Origin: Escherichia coli | GTDB lineage: Bacteria > Pseudomonadota > Gammaproteobacteria > Enterobacterales > Enterobacteriaceae | Strand: one strand, 5' to 3' | NCBI RefSeq assembly: GCF_003180995.1 | Contig: NZ_CP029579.1 | DNA: 40,000 bases | Shown: in pieces, positions 30,367 to 40,000 of the stretch | How the letters are laid out: every line of letters starts with the position of its first letter | How positions within the stretch are numbered: the stretch's first letter is position 1 | Position numbers and translations under genes: made by a program | The notes under the pieces: generated by a model | Told to the model about the DNA's origin: nothing | The model's database searches: none | The model's input: the letters and a program-made list of their open reading frames with translations, nothing else

Positions 30367-30999
30367 TCAATGTTGGACCGAATGTGAACGAATAAATAAC
30401 TCGTTTATTTTACCACCCATTCTCTTTTCGATTCGTTGCTTGTACGCGTAGATGCTACGGATATCCATATCCAGAACTTCAGCAATCTGATATGGATTAT
30501 AACCAGAAACCATATATCCCATTATGGTGAATTCCATCTGAGTTAATGTGTTCCCTCTGGTAAATGATAAATAACGACCAATAAATAGTTGTCTGATCTT
30601 TTCATTGGCAACATCAAGACCATCATCATTATATATGACAGCAGATATTGCAGAGTTGTGTTTTCGCCAGTAGTTAGCTAACGATTGCATATTGCGGTCG
30701 CTGACTAAAACAATCCCCATGTCAGTACTTGCAAGATAGTCAATCCAGTCTTTTTCAAGGAATAGACGTAAAAAACTTACTGAAAAATCGACAAAAATAT
30801 ATCCGCTTAATCTCGCATTGTGGTTTTTTGTTAAAATACCTTCCACCACACCACGATTAAAATATGAACTTTCTTCGGGCCACATACAAAAACACGAGTT
30901 TGCGCAATACTGCAAACGCGGTGACTCTTCTGGCATTATTTGGCAATGCATTGAGCAACTATTGCATGTAAGACTTTTATAACGACTACAAAGCCCCAT
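30367..30999 (-). CDS. yqeH: LuxR/GerE-type regulator with Cys-rich N-terminus, 210 aa from MGLCSRYKS
   Basis: C-terminal HTH LTQMEFTIMGYMVSGYNPYQIAEVLDMDIRSIYAYKQRIEKRM. Confidence 0.88.
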   Translation of the reverse strand: MGLCSRYKSLTCNSCSMHCQIMPEESPRLQYCANSCFCMWPEESSYFNRGVVEGILTKNHNARLSGYIFVDFSVSFLRLFLEKDWIDYLASTDMGIVLVSDRNMQSLANYWRKHNSAISAVIYNDDGLDVANEKIRQLFIGRYLSFTRGNTLTQMEFTIMGYMVSGYNPYQIAEVLDMDIRSIYAYKQRIEKRMGGKINELFIRSHSVQH

Positions 31000-31413
31000 G
31001 TTAAGAACCTCCCTATCCGTATATAATTGCATAATTTCATTGGTTATTGATGATGTCAATACACCATGATTTTGTAAATTTGCTGGGAAAAATTGCGATT
31101 AATCTGAATTTGCTATAATTCTGAGTAAAGCATTTAAAAATGCATTTCTCGTTATTAAATATGATTATGTTTTACTGATTTAATCTTACCTGGTTGATGG
31201 TGGTTCAGATAACTATCTCATGGTATGAGAATATCTATATCGCAAATTGTTTTTGAATGACCAGAAGATATCTTGCGAATCTAAGTTATGCATCTTAAAT
31301 AGTCTTATTTAAGATGTTCAGATCTCTTTGTGTGTTTAACTAACTGATAATACTAGGATATGACGAGAGAAGTGATAGAGCGGAATTATAACAAATGAAC
31401 ATTATGAAAACTG

Positions 31414-31448
31414 GAATGGTTCAAAATTGTAGCAATTTTGAACCATTC
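31414..31448. terminator. Long hairpin immediately downstream of yqeG, candidate terminator
   Basis: Perfect 16-bp stem GAATGGTTCAAAATTG / CAATTTTGAACCATTC with 3-nt loop. Weak T-tract on the minus strand (CAGTTTTC). Confidence 0.55.
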
Positions 31449-31458
31449 ACAATGGATA

Positions 31459-32688
31459 TTAGCTAAAGAACATTACCGATACGCACAGGATACCCACGAT
31501 CAGCGTAATCAGATTTCCGACGGAACGCCAGGGTTTAAGCGCCGGGATGAGATATGTTGACAGCGTAGGCATGATGAACAGTATCATGGCAATGAGCGGG
31601 CCGCTGATCGCGTAAATCATCGAAATCGCGTTCGGGTTAATGCAACAAACAATGAAGGTAATCAGCGATACCAACATAATTGATAGTGCGCGGTTAAATG
31701 CACGACTTTTCTTTACACCAACCTGCTGTAATGTTGTTTTGACGACCTCTGTGGCACCTTCAATAACGCCAAAGTACGTACCCAGGAATGATTTCGACAT
31801 CGCAACTACTGCGACAATAATCCCGGAAATTGACAACCATGCTGGGGCGTTCGGCAGCATAGAAAGTGCCGATAAAATGGTAACCCCTTCTTCTTTAGCC
31901 GCTTCAATATACGAAGGTGGAATAGAAAGCAGGCAGCTAAAGACAAAGAACAGTACACTTATGCAGATGATGAGATAAGCGACTTTCATAATTTTTTTGC
32001 ATTTATCCATAGCGTGTTCGCCATATTTTTCACGTCTGTCTATGGCAAACGTAGAAATAATGGGCGTATGGCTAAAGGCGAAAACCATCACGGGAATCGA
32101 TATCCATATCTGGTGAAGGGTATTCTGATTGAACTCTACCTGGGTAGTTAATAGATCAGGTTGCCAACTACCGACCAGGTAAATAGAAAGAAATAAGAAA
32201 TAGGCAATCAATGGGAATACCAAAAATCCCATTACCCGAATAGTGGCATGGCGTCCCATCAGAAAAATGAGATTCAGGATTAATACAACACCCAGACTCA
32301 CCAACATACGGATACGAAGATCAATAACCATATGCTTTGCCAGCTGTTCCGTAAGTGAGTTGGTAATTGCCACGGCATATATCAACACGACGACAAAAAA
32401 GGCGATGAAGTACAGCGTGGTAATCAGATTACCAATCTTCTTGCCATAGTAGTGTGTTACTGCGCCCGTTATCCCTTCACCTGCTGATGTTTTTGATGAG
32501 AGGATGAACTGGCATAAGGCTTTATGTGGCCAATATGTTAAAGGCCAGGCGACCAGAGCAGTAATAAACAGGACCACAGCCCCTGCCGAACCTAACTGAA
32601 TAGGAAGGAAGAGCGTGCCTGCACCAACGGCTGTGCCGTAGAGCGCGAAACTCCACAGAGTTTCTTCTTTTGACCAAATATTAGACAT
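31459..32688 (-). CDS. yqeG: Inner-membrane amino-acid transporter, STP/HAAAP family
   Basis: 409 aa, TM-rich, SdaC/TdcC-like (WSKEETLWSFALYGTAVGAGTLFLPIQLG). Confidence 0.92.
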   Translation of the reverse strand: MSNIWSKEETLWSFALYGTAVGAGTLFLPIQLGSAGAVVLFITALVAWPLTYWPHKALCQFILSSKTSAGEGITGAVTHYYGKKIGNLITTLYFIAFFVVVLIYAVAITNSLTEQLAKHMVIDLRIRMLVSLGVVLILNLIFLMGRHATIRVMGFLVFPLIAYFLFLSIYLVGSWQPDLLTTQVEFNQNTLHQIWISIPVMVFAFSHTPIISTFAIDRREKYGEHAMDKCKKIMKVAYLIICISVLFFVFSCLLSIPPSYIEAAKEEGVTILSALSMLPNAPAWLSISGIIVAVVAMSKSFLGTYFGVIEGATEVVKTTLQQVGVKKSRAFNRALSIMLVSLITFIVCCINPNAISMIYAISGPLIAMILFIMPTLSTYLIPALKPWRSVGNLITLIVGILCVSVMFFS

Positions 32689-32939
32689 TATCTGAACGTA
32701 TCATCTACAAATTAAACAAAATGGAGGGCAATTTACCATAAACCAGGTTAAGTATGGGAGATTAACGCCCTTTCTACCTCTCTATTGGTGGGTTAGTGGT
32801 TGCAAACCTTACGTGCCAGTTATGTCTCTGACTGCTACTCAGGCATATTTCCTTTGTGATAAAAATCACTTTTTTTAAACAATTAAGATAACTGCAATTA
32901 ACAATCATTTACTATTGCACTGTTAATTGGTGCGAGGTT

Positions 32940-34124
32940 GTGATGAAAGACGTTGTGATTGTCGGGGCGTTACGGACACCTATCGGCTGCTTTCGTGGTG
33001 CGTTAGCGGGTCATTCCGCTGTGGAACTTGGCAGCCTGGTCGTGAAAGCGTTAATAGAACGTACCGGTGTTTCTGCATATGCGGTGGATGAAGTGATTCT
33101 TGGTCAGGTGTTGACTGCAGGGGCAGGGCAGAATCCGGCAAGGCAATCGGCTATTAAAGGTGGTCTTCCTAATAGCGTTTCTGCAATCACGATTAATGAC
33201 GTTTGCGGTTCCGGGCTTAAAGCACTGCATCTGGCTACTCAGGCGATACAGTGTGGCGAGGCTGATATTGTCATCGCCGGTGGTCAGGAAAACATGAGTC
33301 GCGCACCACATGTTCTGACTGATAGCCGCACCGGTGCACAGCTTGGTAATAGCCAGTTGGTTGATAGTCTTGTGCACGATGGGTTGTGGGATGCCTTCAA
33401 TGATTATCATATTGGTGTCACCGCCGAAAATCTGGCTCGCGAATATGGCATCAGCCGTCAGTTGCAGGATGCTTACGCACTTAGCTCGCAACAAAAAGCG
33501 CGAGCGGCGATTGACGCCGGACGATTTAAAGATGAGATCGTCCCGGTAATGACCCAAAGTAACGGTCAGACGTTGGTTGTAGATACCGATGAACAGCCAC
33601 GCACTGACGCCAGTGCAGAAGGCTTAGCCCGTTTAAATCCTTCATTTGATAGTCTCGGCTCTGTGACAGCGGGTAATGCATCATCCATAAACGATGGCGC
33701 AGCTGCAGTAATGATGATGAGCGAAGCCAAAGCACGAGCGTTGAATTTACCCGTGCTGGCCCGCATCCGCGCATTTGCCAGCGTTGGTGTAGATCCGGCA
33801 TTGATGGGAATTGCGCCGGTGTATGCGACCCGCCGTTGCCTGGAGCGTGTTGGCTGGCAGTTGGCTGATGTCGATCTTATCGAGGCTAATGAAGCGTTTG
33901 CTGCACAGGCGCTTTCGGTTGGCAAGATGCTTGAATGGGATGAGCGTCGGGTCAATGTCAATGGTGGCGCGATCGCACTCGGTCACCCAATAGGCGCTTC
34001 CGGTTGCCGAATCCTCGTGTCTCTGGTTCATGAAATGGTGAAACGTAATGCCCGCAAAGGACTGGCTACGCTTTGTATCGGCGGGGGCCAGGGCGTGGCA
34101 TTGACCATTGAACGTGACGAATAG
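32940..34124 (+). CDS. yqeF: Acetyl-CoA acetyltransferase-like thiolase
   Basis: Thiolase motifs VCGSGLKALHLA, NVNGGAIALGHPIGASG, CIGGGQG. Confidence 0.95.
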   Translation: MMKDVVIVGALRTPIGCFRGALAGHSAVELGSLVVKALIERTGVSAYAVDEVILGQVLTAGAGQNPARQSAIKGGLPNSVSAITINDVCGSGLKALHLATQAIQCGEADIVIAGGQENMSRAPHVLTDSRTGAQLGNSQLVDSLVHDGLWDAFNDYHIGVTAENLAREYGISRQLQDAYALSSQQKARAAIDAGRFKDEIVPVMTQSNGQTLVVDTDEQPRTDASAEGLARLNPSFDSLGSVTAGNASSINDGAAAVMMMSEAKARALNLPVLARIRAFASVGVDPALMGIAPVYATRRCLERVGWQLADVDLIEANEAFAAQALSVGKMLEWDERRVNVNGGAIALGHPIGASGCRILVSLVHEMVKRNARKGLATLCIGGGQGVALTIERDE

Positions 34125-34344
34125 CTCTGCATTTCCTCCTTACCGATAAATATCAGCCGTCATTAATCTGTTGAATAATGGTGGCTGGCGAGTCGACATA
34201 CATTTTCAGGGCTCCCTGATTTTCCCATTCTCATGACATATTCGTGATCGACACTGCACTTTTTTCAGTCCTTAACTTAAAAATGAAACAATGTTTTATT
34301 TTTAATTGAAAACCCTATCCCGTGGGCATATCATCCCCTTATAG

Positions 34345-34376
34345 AGAAAACGAAACAGTGTTTCACTATCGTTTTC
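34345..34376. promoter_or_regulatory. Putative KdgR operator upstream of kduI
   Basis: Palindromic GAAAACGAAACAGTGTTTCACTATCGTTTTC with core AAACAGTGTTT, 35 nt upstream of the kduI ATG. kduID is a known KdgR target. Confidence 0.65.
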
Positions 34377-34410
34377 TATTTTCACGCTTCACTGATTATC
34401 GGAGGTTGAT

Positions 34411-35247
34411 GTGGACGTAAGACAGAGCATCCACAGTGCGCATGCAAAAACGCTGGATACCCAGGGGCTGCGCAATGAATTTTTGGTTGAAAAGGTATTT
34501 ATCGCCGATGAGTACACCATGGTTTACAGCCACATTGACCGTATTATTGTTGGCGGCATTATGCCGGTAACTAAAACGGTTTCCGTTGGCGGGGAAGTTG
34601 GTAAACAACTCGGCGTAAGCTATTTCCTGGAACGTCGCGAGTTAGGTGTTATCAATATTGGCGGTGCCGGTACGATTACTGTCGATGGTCAATGCTATGA
34701 AATCGGTCACCGCGACGCCCTGTATGTTGGTAAAGGTGCAAAAGAAGTTGTCTTTGCCAGTATTGATACCGCCACTCCGGCGAAGTTTTATTACAATTGC
34801 GCACCTGCGCATACGACGTATCCCACCAAAAAAGTCACACCGGACGAAGTATCTCCAGTCACGTTAGGCGATAACCTCACCAGTAACCGTCGCACGATTA
34901 ACAAATATTTTGTCCCGGATGTACTGGAAACCTGCCAATTGAGTATGGGGCTGACGGAGCTGGCTCCGGGTAACTTGTGGAACACCATGCCGTGTCACAC
35001 CCACGAGCGCCGGATGGAAGTTTATTTCTATTTCAATATGGATGATGACGCCTGCGTTTTCCACATGATGGGGCAGCCGCAAGAAACGCGTCATATTGTG
35101 ATGCATAACGAGCAGGCGGTGATCTCCCCGAGCTGGTCGATCCATTCCGGTGTCGGAACCAAAGCTTATACCTTTATCTGGGGCATGGTCGGTGAAAACC
35201 AGGTCTTTGATGATATGGACCATGTGGCCGTTAAAGATTTGCGCTAG
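34411..35247 (+). CDS. kduI: 5-dehydro-4-deoxy-D-glucuronate isomerase
   Basis: 278-aa match to KduI ([21 protein letters not shown]; [14 protein letters not shown]). Confidence 0.97.
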   Translation: MDVRQSIHSAHAKTLDTQGLRNEFLVEKVFIADEYTMVYSHIDRIIVGGIMPVTKTVSVGGEVGKQLGVSYFLERRELGVINIGGAGTITVDGQCYEIGHRDALYVGKGAKEVVFASIDTATPAKFYYNCAPAHTTYPTKKVTPDEVSPVTLGDNLTSNRRTINKYFVPDVLETCQLSMGLTELAPGNLWNTMPCHTHERRMEVYFYFNMDDDACVFHMMGQPQETRHIVMHNEQAVISPSWSIHSGVGTKAYTFIWGMVGENQVFDDMDHVAVKDLR

Positions 35248-35276
35248 TTGTGGGCATAAACGAATAAGGTATTGTT

Positions 35277-36038
35277 ATGATTTTAAGTGCATTTTCTCTC
35301 GAAGGTAAAGTTGCGGTCGTCACTGGTTGTGATACTGGACTGGGTCAGGGGATGGCGTTGGGGCTGGCGCAAGCGGGCTGTGACATTGTTGGCATTAACA
35401 TCGTTGAACCGACTGAAACCATCAAGCAGGTCACGGCGCTGGGGCGTCGTTTTTTAAGCCTGACCGCCGATCTGCGAAAGATTGATGGCATTCCAGCACT
35501 GCTGGATCGCGCGGTAGCTGAGTTTGGTCATATTGATATCCTGGTGAATAACGCCGGATTGATTCGGCGCGAAGATGCTCTCGAGTTCAGCGAAAAAGAC
35601 TGGGACGATGTCATGAACCTGAATATCAAGAGCGTATTCTTCATGTCTCAGGCAGCGGCGAAACACTTTATCGCGCAAGGCAATGGCGGCAAGATTATCA
35701 ATATCGCGTCAATGCTCTCCTTCCAGGGCGGGATCCGTGTGCCTTCTTATACCGCATCAAAAAGCGGCGTGATGGGCGTGACGCGATTGATGGCGAATGA
35801 ATGGGCTAAACACAACATTAATGTTAATGCGATAGCTCCGGGTTACATGGCAACCAACAATACTCAACAACTACGGGCAGATGAACAACGTAGCGCGGAA
35901 ATTCTCGACCGCATTCCAGCTGGCCGTTGGGGACTGCCGAGTGACCTGATGGGGCCGGTAGTGTTCCTTGCCTCCAGCGCTTCAGATTATGTGAATGGTT
36001 ATACCATTGCCGTGGATGGCGGTTGGCTGGCTCGTTAA
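35277..36038 (+). CDS. kduD: 2-dehydro-3-deoxy-D-gluconate 5-dehydrogenase (SDR family)
   Basis: SDR motifs TGCDTGLGQG, NNAG, YTASKSGV; 253 aa. Confidence 0.97.
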   Translation: MILSAFSLEGKVAVVTGCDTGLGQGMALGLAQAGCDIVGINIVEPTETIKQVTALGRRFLSLTADLRKIDGIPALLDRAVAEFGHIDILVNNAGLIRREDALEFSEKDWDDVMNLNIKSVFFMSQAAAKHFIAQGNGGKIINIASMLSFQGGIRVPSYTASKSGVMGVTRLMANEWAKHNINVNAIAPGYMATNNTQQLRADEQRSAEILDRIPAGRWGLPSDLMGPVVFLASSASDYVNGYTIAVDGGWLAR

Positions 36039-36060
36039 TTCATTTCTCTTACTTTTATGA

Positions 36061-36084
36061 CCCTGCCGCATGGCAGGGTTTTTT
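36061..36084 (+). terminator. Rho-independent terminator of kduID
   Basis: CCCTGCC-GCAT-GGCAGGG followed by TTTTTT. Confidence 0.9.
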
Positions 36085-36352
36085 ATACCTGTAGATCATC
36101 ATAATCCATATCATGGTTATGAAATAATCCATATCAATTATCAATTAATGAACTTTATGAGTTTTATCTGCTTTAAAATTAGGTGGTTAATAATAATCTC
36201 AATTATTCAACTTAATTTGAAAATTGGAATATCCATCACATAACGACATGTCGTAGCAATTTAATCCATATTTATGCTATTTCCGACCTGACACCTGTGT
36301 GAATTGTTCACGTATTTTTTCACTATGTCTTACTCTCTGCTGGCAGGAAAAA

Positions 36353-37771
36353 ATGGTTACTATCAATACGGAATCTACTTTAACGCCACGTTCTTTGCGG
36401 GATACGCGGCGTATGAATATGTTTGTTTCGGTAGCTGCTGCGGTCGCAGGATTGTTATTTGGTCTTGATATCGGCGTAATCGCCGGAGCGTTGCCGTTCA
36501 TTACCGATCACTTTGTACTGACCAGTCGTTTGCAGGAATGGGTGGTCAGTAGCATGATGCTCGGCGCAGCAATTGGTGCGCTGTTTAATGGTTGGCTGTC
36601 GTTCCGCCTGGGGCGTAAATACAGCCTGATGGCGGGGGCCATCCTGTTTGTGCTCGGCTCGATAGGGTCCGCTTTTGCGACCAGCGTAGAGATGTTAATC
36701 GCAGCTCGTGTGGTGCTGGGCATTGCTGTCGGGATCGCGTCTTACACCGCTCCTCTGTATCTTTCTGAAATGGCAAGTGAAAACGTTCGCGGTAAGATGA
36801 TCAGCATGTACCAGTTGATGGTCACTCTCGGCATCGTGCTGGCGTTTTTATCCGATACAGCGTTCAGTTATAGCGGTAACTGGCGCGCAATGTTGGGGGT
36901 TCTTGCCTTACCGGCAGTCCTGCTGATTATTCTGGTGGTCTTCCTGCCAAATAGCCCGCGCTGGCTGGCGGAAAAGGGGCGTCATATTGAGGCGGAAGAA
37001 GTGTTGCGTATGCTGCGTGATACGTCGGAAAAAGCGCGAGAAGAACTCAACGAAATTCGTGAAAGCCTGAAGTTAAAACAGGGCGGTTGGGCACTGTTTA
37101 AGATCAACCGTAACGTCCGTCGTGCTGTGTTTCTCGGTATGTTGTTGCAGGCGATGCAGCAGTTTACCGGTATGAACATCATCATGTACTACGCGCCGCG
37201 TATCTTCAAAATGGCGGGCTTTACGACCACAGAACAGCAGATGATTGCGACTCTGGTCGTGGGGCTGACCTTTATGTTCGCCACCTTCATTGCGGTCTTT
37301 ACGGTAGATAAAGCAGGGCGTAAACCGGCTCTGAAAATTGGTTTCAGCGTGATGGCGTTAGGCACTCTGGTGCTGGGTTACTGCCTGATGCAGTTTGATA
37401 ACGGTACGGCTTCCAGTGGCTTGTCCTGGCTCTCTGTTGGCATGACGATGATGTGTATTGCCGGTTATGCGATGAGCGCCGCGCCAGTGGTGTGGATCTT
37501 GTGCTCTGAAATTCAGCCGCTGAAATGCCGCGATTTTGGCATCACCTGCTCAACGACGACAAACTGGGTGTCGAATATGATTATCGGCGCGACCTTCCTG
37601 ACACTGCTTGATAGCATTGGCGCTGCCGGTACGTTCTGGCTCTACACTGGGCTGAACATTGCGTTTGTGGGCATTACTTTCTGGCTCATTCCGGAAACCA
37701 AAAATGTCACGCTGGAACATATCGAACGCAAACTGATGGCAGGCGAGAAGTTGAGAAATATCGGCGTCTGA
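36353..37771 (+). CDS. araE: L-arabinose:H+ symporter (MFS sugar transporter), 472 aa
   Basis: [14 protein letters not shown]-like N-terminus, [37 protein letters not shown]. Confidence 0.97.
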   Translation: MVTINTESTLTPRSLRDTRRMNMFVSVAAAVAGLLFGLDIGVIAGALPFITDHFVLTSRLQEWVVSSMMLGAAIGALFNGWLSFRLGRKYSLMAGAILFVLGSIGSAFATSVEMLIAARVVLGIAVGIASYTAPLYLSEMASENVRGKMISMYQLMVTLGIVLAFLSDTAFSYSGNWRAMLGVLALPAVLLIILVVFLPNSPRWLAEKGRHIEAEEVLRMLRDTSEKAREELNEIRESLKLKQGGWALFKINRNVRRAVFLGMLLQAMQQFTGMNIIMYYAPRIFKMAGFTTTEQQMIATLVVGLTFMFATFIAVFTVDKAGRKPALKIGFSVMALGTLVLGYCLMQFDNGTASSGLSWLSVGMTMMCIAGYAMSAAPVVWILCSEIQPLKCRDFGITCSTTTNWVSNMIIGATFLTLLDSIGAAGTFWLYTGLNIAFVGITFWLIPETKNVTLEHIERKLMAGEKLRNIGV

Positions 37772-37777
37772 TTTCAC

Positions 37778-37810
37778 GGGCCGGATGTGCTGTACATCCA
37801 GCCCTTTTTT
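37778..37810 (+). terminator. Rho-independent terminator of araE
   Basis: GGGCCGGATGT-GCTGT-ACATCCAGCCC (one mismatch) followed by TTTTTT. Confidence 0.85.
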
Positions 37811-37899
37811 CGTTAATAGAGATTGGGCACCTGGCCGTTGAGGCGTTTGTCTCGTTCCTTATTCAGCCTTGTTGCGGTAACACACATCAGGAGAGAGGA

Positions 37900-38592
37900 A
37901 TGAAAACAATTGGTTTGCTGGGAGGAATGAGCTGGGAATCCACCATTCCTTACTATCGTTTGATAAATGAAGGTATTAAACAGCGGCTTGGTGGGCTTCA
38001 CTCTGCGCAAGTGCTGCTACATAGCGTCGATTTTCATGAAATAGAAGAGTGCCAGCGTCGCGGTGAGTGGGACAAAACCGGGGATATTCTGGCTGAGGCG
38101 GCGCTTGGCTTACAGCGGGCGGGCGCAGAAGGTATTGTGTTATGTACCAATACGATGCACAAAGTGGCGGATGCCATTGAGTCTCGTTGCTCTCTGCCTT
38201 TCTTACACATAGCGGATGCCACTGGACGTGCAATTATCCGGGCTGGAATGACTCGTGTGGCGCTGCTGGGTACGCGTTACACCATGGAACAGGATTTTTA
38301 TCGCGGGCGGCTGACGGAACAATTTTCCATCAACTGTCTCATTCCTGAAGCGGATGAACGGGCGAAAATTAATCAGATTATTTTTGAAGAACTGTGTCTG
38401 GGGCAATTTACCGAAGCGTCACGCACTTATTATGCGCAAGTGATTGCTCGCCTTGCAGAACAGGGCGCACAGGGCGTTATTTTTGGCTGCACAGAAATTG
38501 GTTTACTGGTGCCAGAAGAGCGCAGTGTTCTGCCTGTGTTTGATACCGCGGCGATCCATGCCGAGGATGCTGTCGCTTTTATGCTGTCGTAG
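37900..38592 (+). CDS. ygeA: Aspartate/glutamate racemase family protein
   Basis: [42 protein letters not shown]; 230 aa. Confidence 0.96.
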   Translation: MKTIGLLGGMSWESTIPYYRLINEGIKQRLGGLHSAQVLLHSVDFHEIEECQRRGEWDKTGDILAEAALGLQRAGAEGIVLCTNTMHKVADAIESRCSLPFLHIADATGRAIIRAGMTRVALLGTRYTMEQDFYRGRLTEQFSINCLIPEADERAKINQIIFEELCLGQFTEASRTYYAQVIARLAEQGAQGVIFGCTEIGLLVPEERSVLPVFDTAAIHAEDAVAFMLS

Positions 38593-39514
38593 CTGACGAC
38601 AAAATAGCGTCAAGAGAAGTGACCAGTTTCGGTAATCCCGCTTGTAAATGCTCACTAAACGCCTGCACCAGCGCTGATGACGGGCGGTGCAGGGGGCGGA
38701 TCAGGCTGACGGTGAACGGAACCGCAATACTGAACCGCCGCACCACTAAACCGCTTGCCGCATAATCCAGTGCGGTGAGCGGGTTAACCACCGAAACACC
38801 TACCCCCGCCCGTACCATTGCGCAGACTGACGCGGCGCTGTGGGTTTCTACGATCATGCGTCGTTTAACCTGATGTTCAGTAAACAATTGATCCAGCAAC
38901 TGGCGATAGCTGTCAGTACGGGAAAGGCTGATGTAGTTCTCACTGTGAAAATCTTCTGGCGTTAATATCTCTTTTGCCGCCAGCGGATGACCCGGAGGTA
39001 ACACACACACTTCATCTAAAGAGAGTAATTCGGTACGTTCTGTTCCCGCAGGCGTATGGAGTGTCTCAGTGAGTCCTAAATCATGACGCTGGGCCGAGAG
39101 CCACTCTTCAAGTAGCGGTGATTCCTGGGGCACGATATTTAAGCTGACATCGGGATAACGTGCCAGAAAGGGTTGCAGGAGCTGCGGTAAAAAAGATTGC
39201 GAAAAGACCGGCAGGCAGGCAATAGACAGTTCTCCCTGGCGAAACTCGCGCAGACTTTCTGCGGCGCTGACAATGCGATCCAGTCCGTACCAGGATCGTT
39301 GCACTTCTTCAAACAGACGCAGTCCTTGCACGGTAGGATGCAATCGTCCACGTACGCGCTCAAACAATTTCAGCCCGATCACCTTCTCAAAGCGCGCCAG
39401 TTCGCGGCTGACAGTTGGCTGTGAGGTGTGTAGCAGGTGTGCCGCCTCAGTCAGGCTTCCGGCGGTCATTACCGCATGAAAAATTTCAATATGACGTAAG
39501 TTAACGGCGGCCAT
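38579..39514 (-). CDS. lysR: LysR-type transcriptional activator of lysA
   Basis: 311 aa, N-terminal LTTR HTH. Divergent from lysA; 3' end overlaps ygeA by 14 nt. Confidence 0.97.
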   Translation of the reverse strand: MAAVNLRHIEIFHAVMTAGSLTEAAHLLHTSQPTVSRELARFEKVIGLKLFERVRGRLHPTVQGLRLFEEVQRSWYGLDRIVSAAESLREFRQGELSIACLPVFSQSFLPQLLQPFLARYPDVSLNIVPQESPLLEEWLSAQRHDLGLTETLHTPAGTERTELLSLDEVCVLPPGHPLAAKEILTPEDFHSENYISLSRTDSYRQLLDQLFTEHQVKRRMIVETHSAASVCAMVRAGVGVSVVNPLTALDYAASGLVVRRFSIAVPFTVSLIRPLHRPSSALVQAFSEHLQAGLPKLVTSLDAILSSATTA

Positions 39515-39635
39515 TAGCGCTCTCTCGCAATCCGGTAATCCATATCATTTTTGCATAGACTCAACATAAATCGATATTTTTTATTCTTTTTATGATGTGG
39601 CGTAATCATAAAAAAGCACTTATCTGGAGTTTGTT

Positions 39636-40000
39636 ATGCCACATTCACTGTTCAGCACTGATACCGATCTCACCGCCGAAAATCTGCTGCGTTTGCCCGC
39701 AGAATTTGGCTGCCCGGTGTGGGTCTACGATGCGCAAATTATTCGTCGGCAGATTGCAGCGCTGAAACAGTTTGATGTGGTGCGCTTCGCACAGAAAGCC
39801 TGTTCCAATATTCATATTTTGCGCTTAATGCGTGAGCAGGGCGTGAAAGTGGATTCCGTCTCGTTAGGCGAAATAGAGCGTGCGTTGGCGGCGGGTTACA
39901 ATCCGCAAACGTACCCCGATGATATTGTTTTTACGGCAGATGTTATCGATCAGGCGACGCTTGAACGCGTCAGTGAATTGCAAATTCCGGTGAATGCGGG
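39636..40000 (+). CDS. lysA: Diaminopimelate decarboxylase, 5' part only (truncated by the window)
   Basis: MPHSLFSTDTDLTAENLLRLPAEFGCPVWVYDAQIIRRQIAAL read from 39636. Confidence 0.95.
   Translation, partial: MPHSLFSTDTDLTAENLLRLPAEFGCPVWVYDAQIIRRQIAALKQFDVVRFAQKACSNIHILRLMREQGVKVDSVSLGEIERALAAGYNPQTYPDDIVFTADVIDQATLERVSELQIPVNA

Noticed and set aside
32940-36038. Antisense ORFs inside yqeF, kduI and kduD (e.g. 33051-33557, 33566-33961, 34864-35223)
   Set aside because: These are high-GC shadow frames opposite well-supported genes, with no recognisable domains or ribosome-binding sites.
38579-38592. ygeA/lysR 3' overlap of 14 bp as a novelty
   Set aside because: Convergent overlap is the ordinary arrangement for these backbone genes.
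1-40000. CRISPR arrays, IS elements, prophage or restriction-modification genes
   Set aside because: No regularly spaced repeats, transposase motifs, phage structural genes, methyltransferase or nuclease motifs were seen in the window.

Overview
This window is E. coli-type chromosome, shown in the orientation opposite to the K-12 map: xdhA - ygeR - glyU tRNA - ETT2 type III secretion island - yqeG/yqeF - kduI/kduD - araE - ygeA - lysR/lysA. The island runs from the glyU tRNA (3545-3618) to about 31.1 kb. It holds a near-complete SPI-1-like core: eivFGEACIJ, epaOPQRS, eprHIJK, an OrgA/OrgB pair, a SicA-like chaperone and an IagB-like transglycosylase. It also holds an unusual density of regulators: AraC/InvF-like EivF, three LuxR-type proteins, HilA-like YgeH and ToxR-like YqeI. 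The core system is known. The less explained content is: (1) a small membrane ORF at 5527-5706 that resembles the GhoT/OrtT toxin family, downstream of a secreted GH15-like protein between the tRNA and the T3SS; (2) a minus-strand InvH/pilotin-like lipoprotein at 18161-18433 with no canonical start codon at its signal peptide; (3) epaS/SctU, whose conserved N-terminus is in an open frame but has no normal start codon; (4) a strong internal Shine-Dalgarno/ATG in epaO predicting a separate SctQ C-terminal product; (5) YgeK, a receiver-like regulator without the phospho-acceptor Asp; (6) an overlapping ToxR/ToxS-like pair, yqeI/yqeJ; (7) YqeH with a dense N-terminal Cys cluster. All family assignments are from reading the translations and remembered homologues. 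No database search was run.
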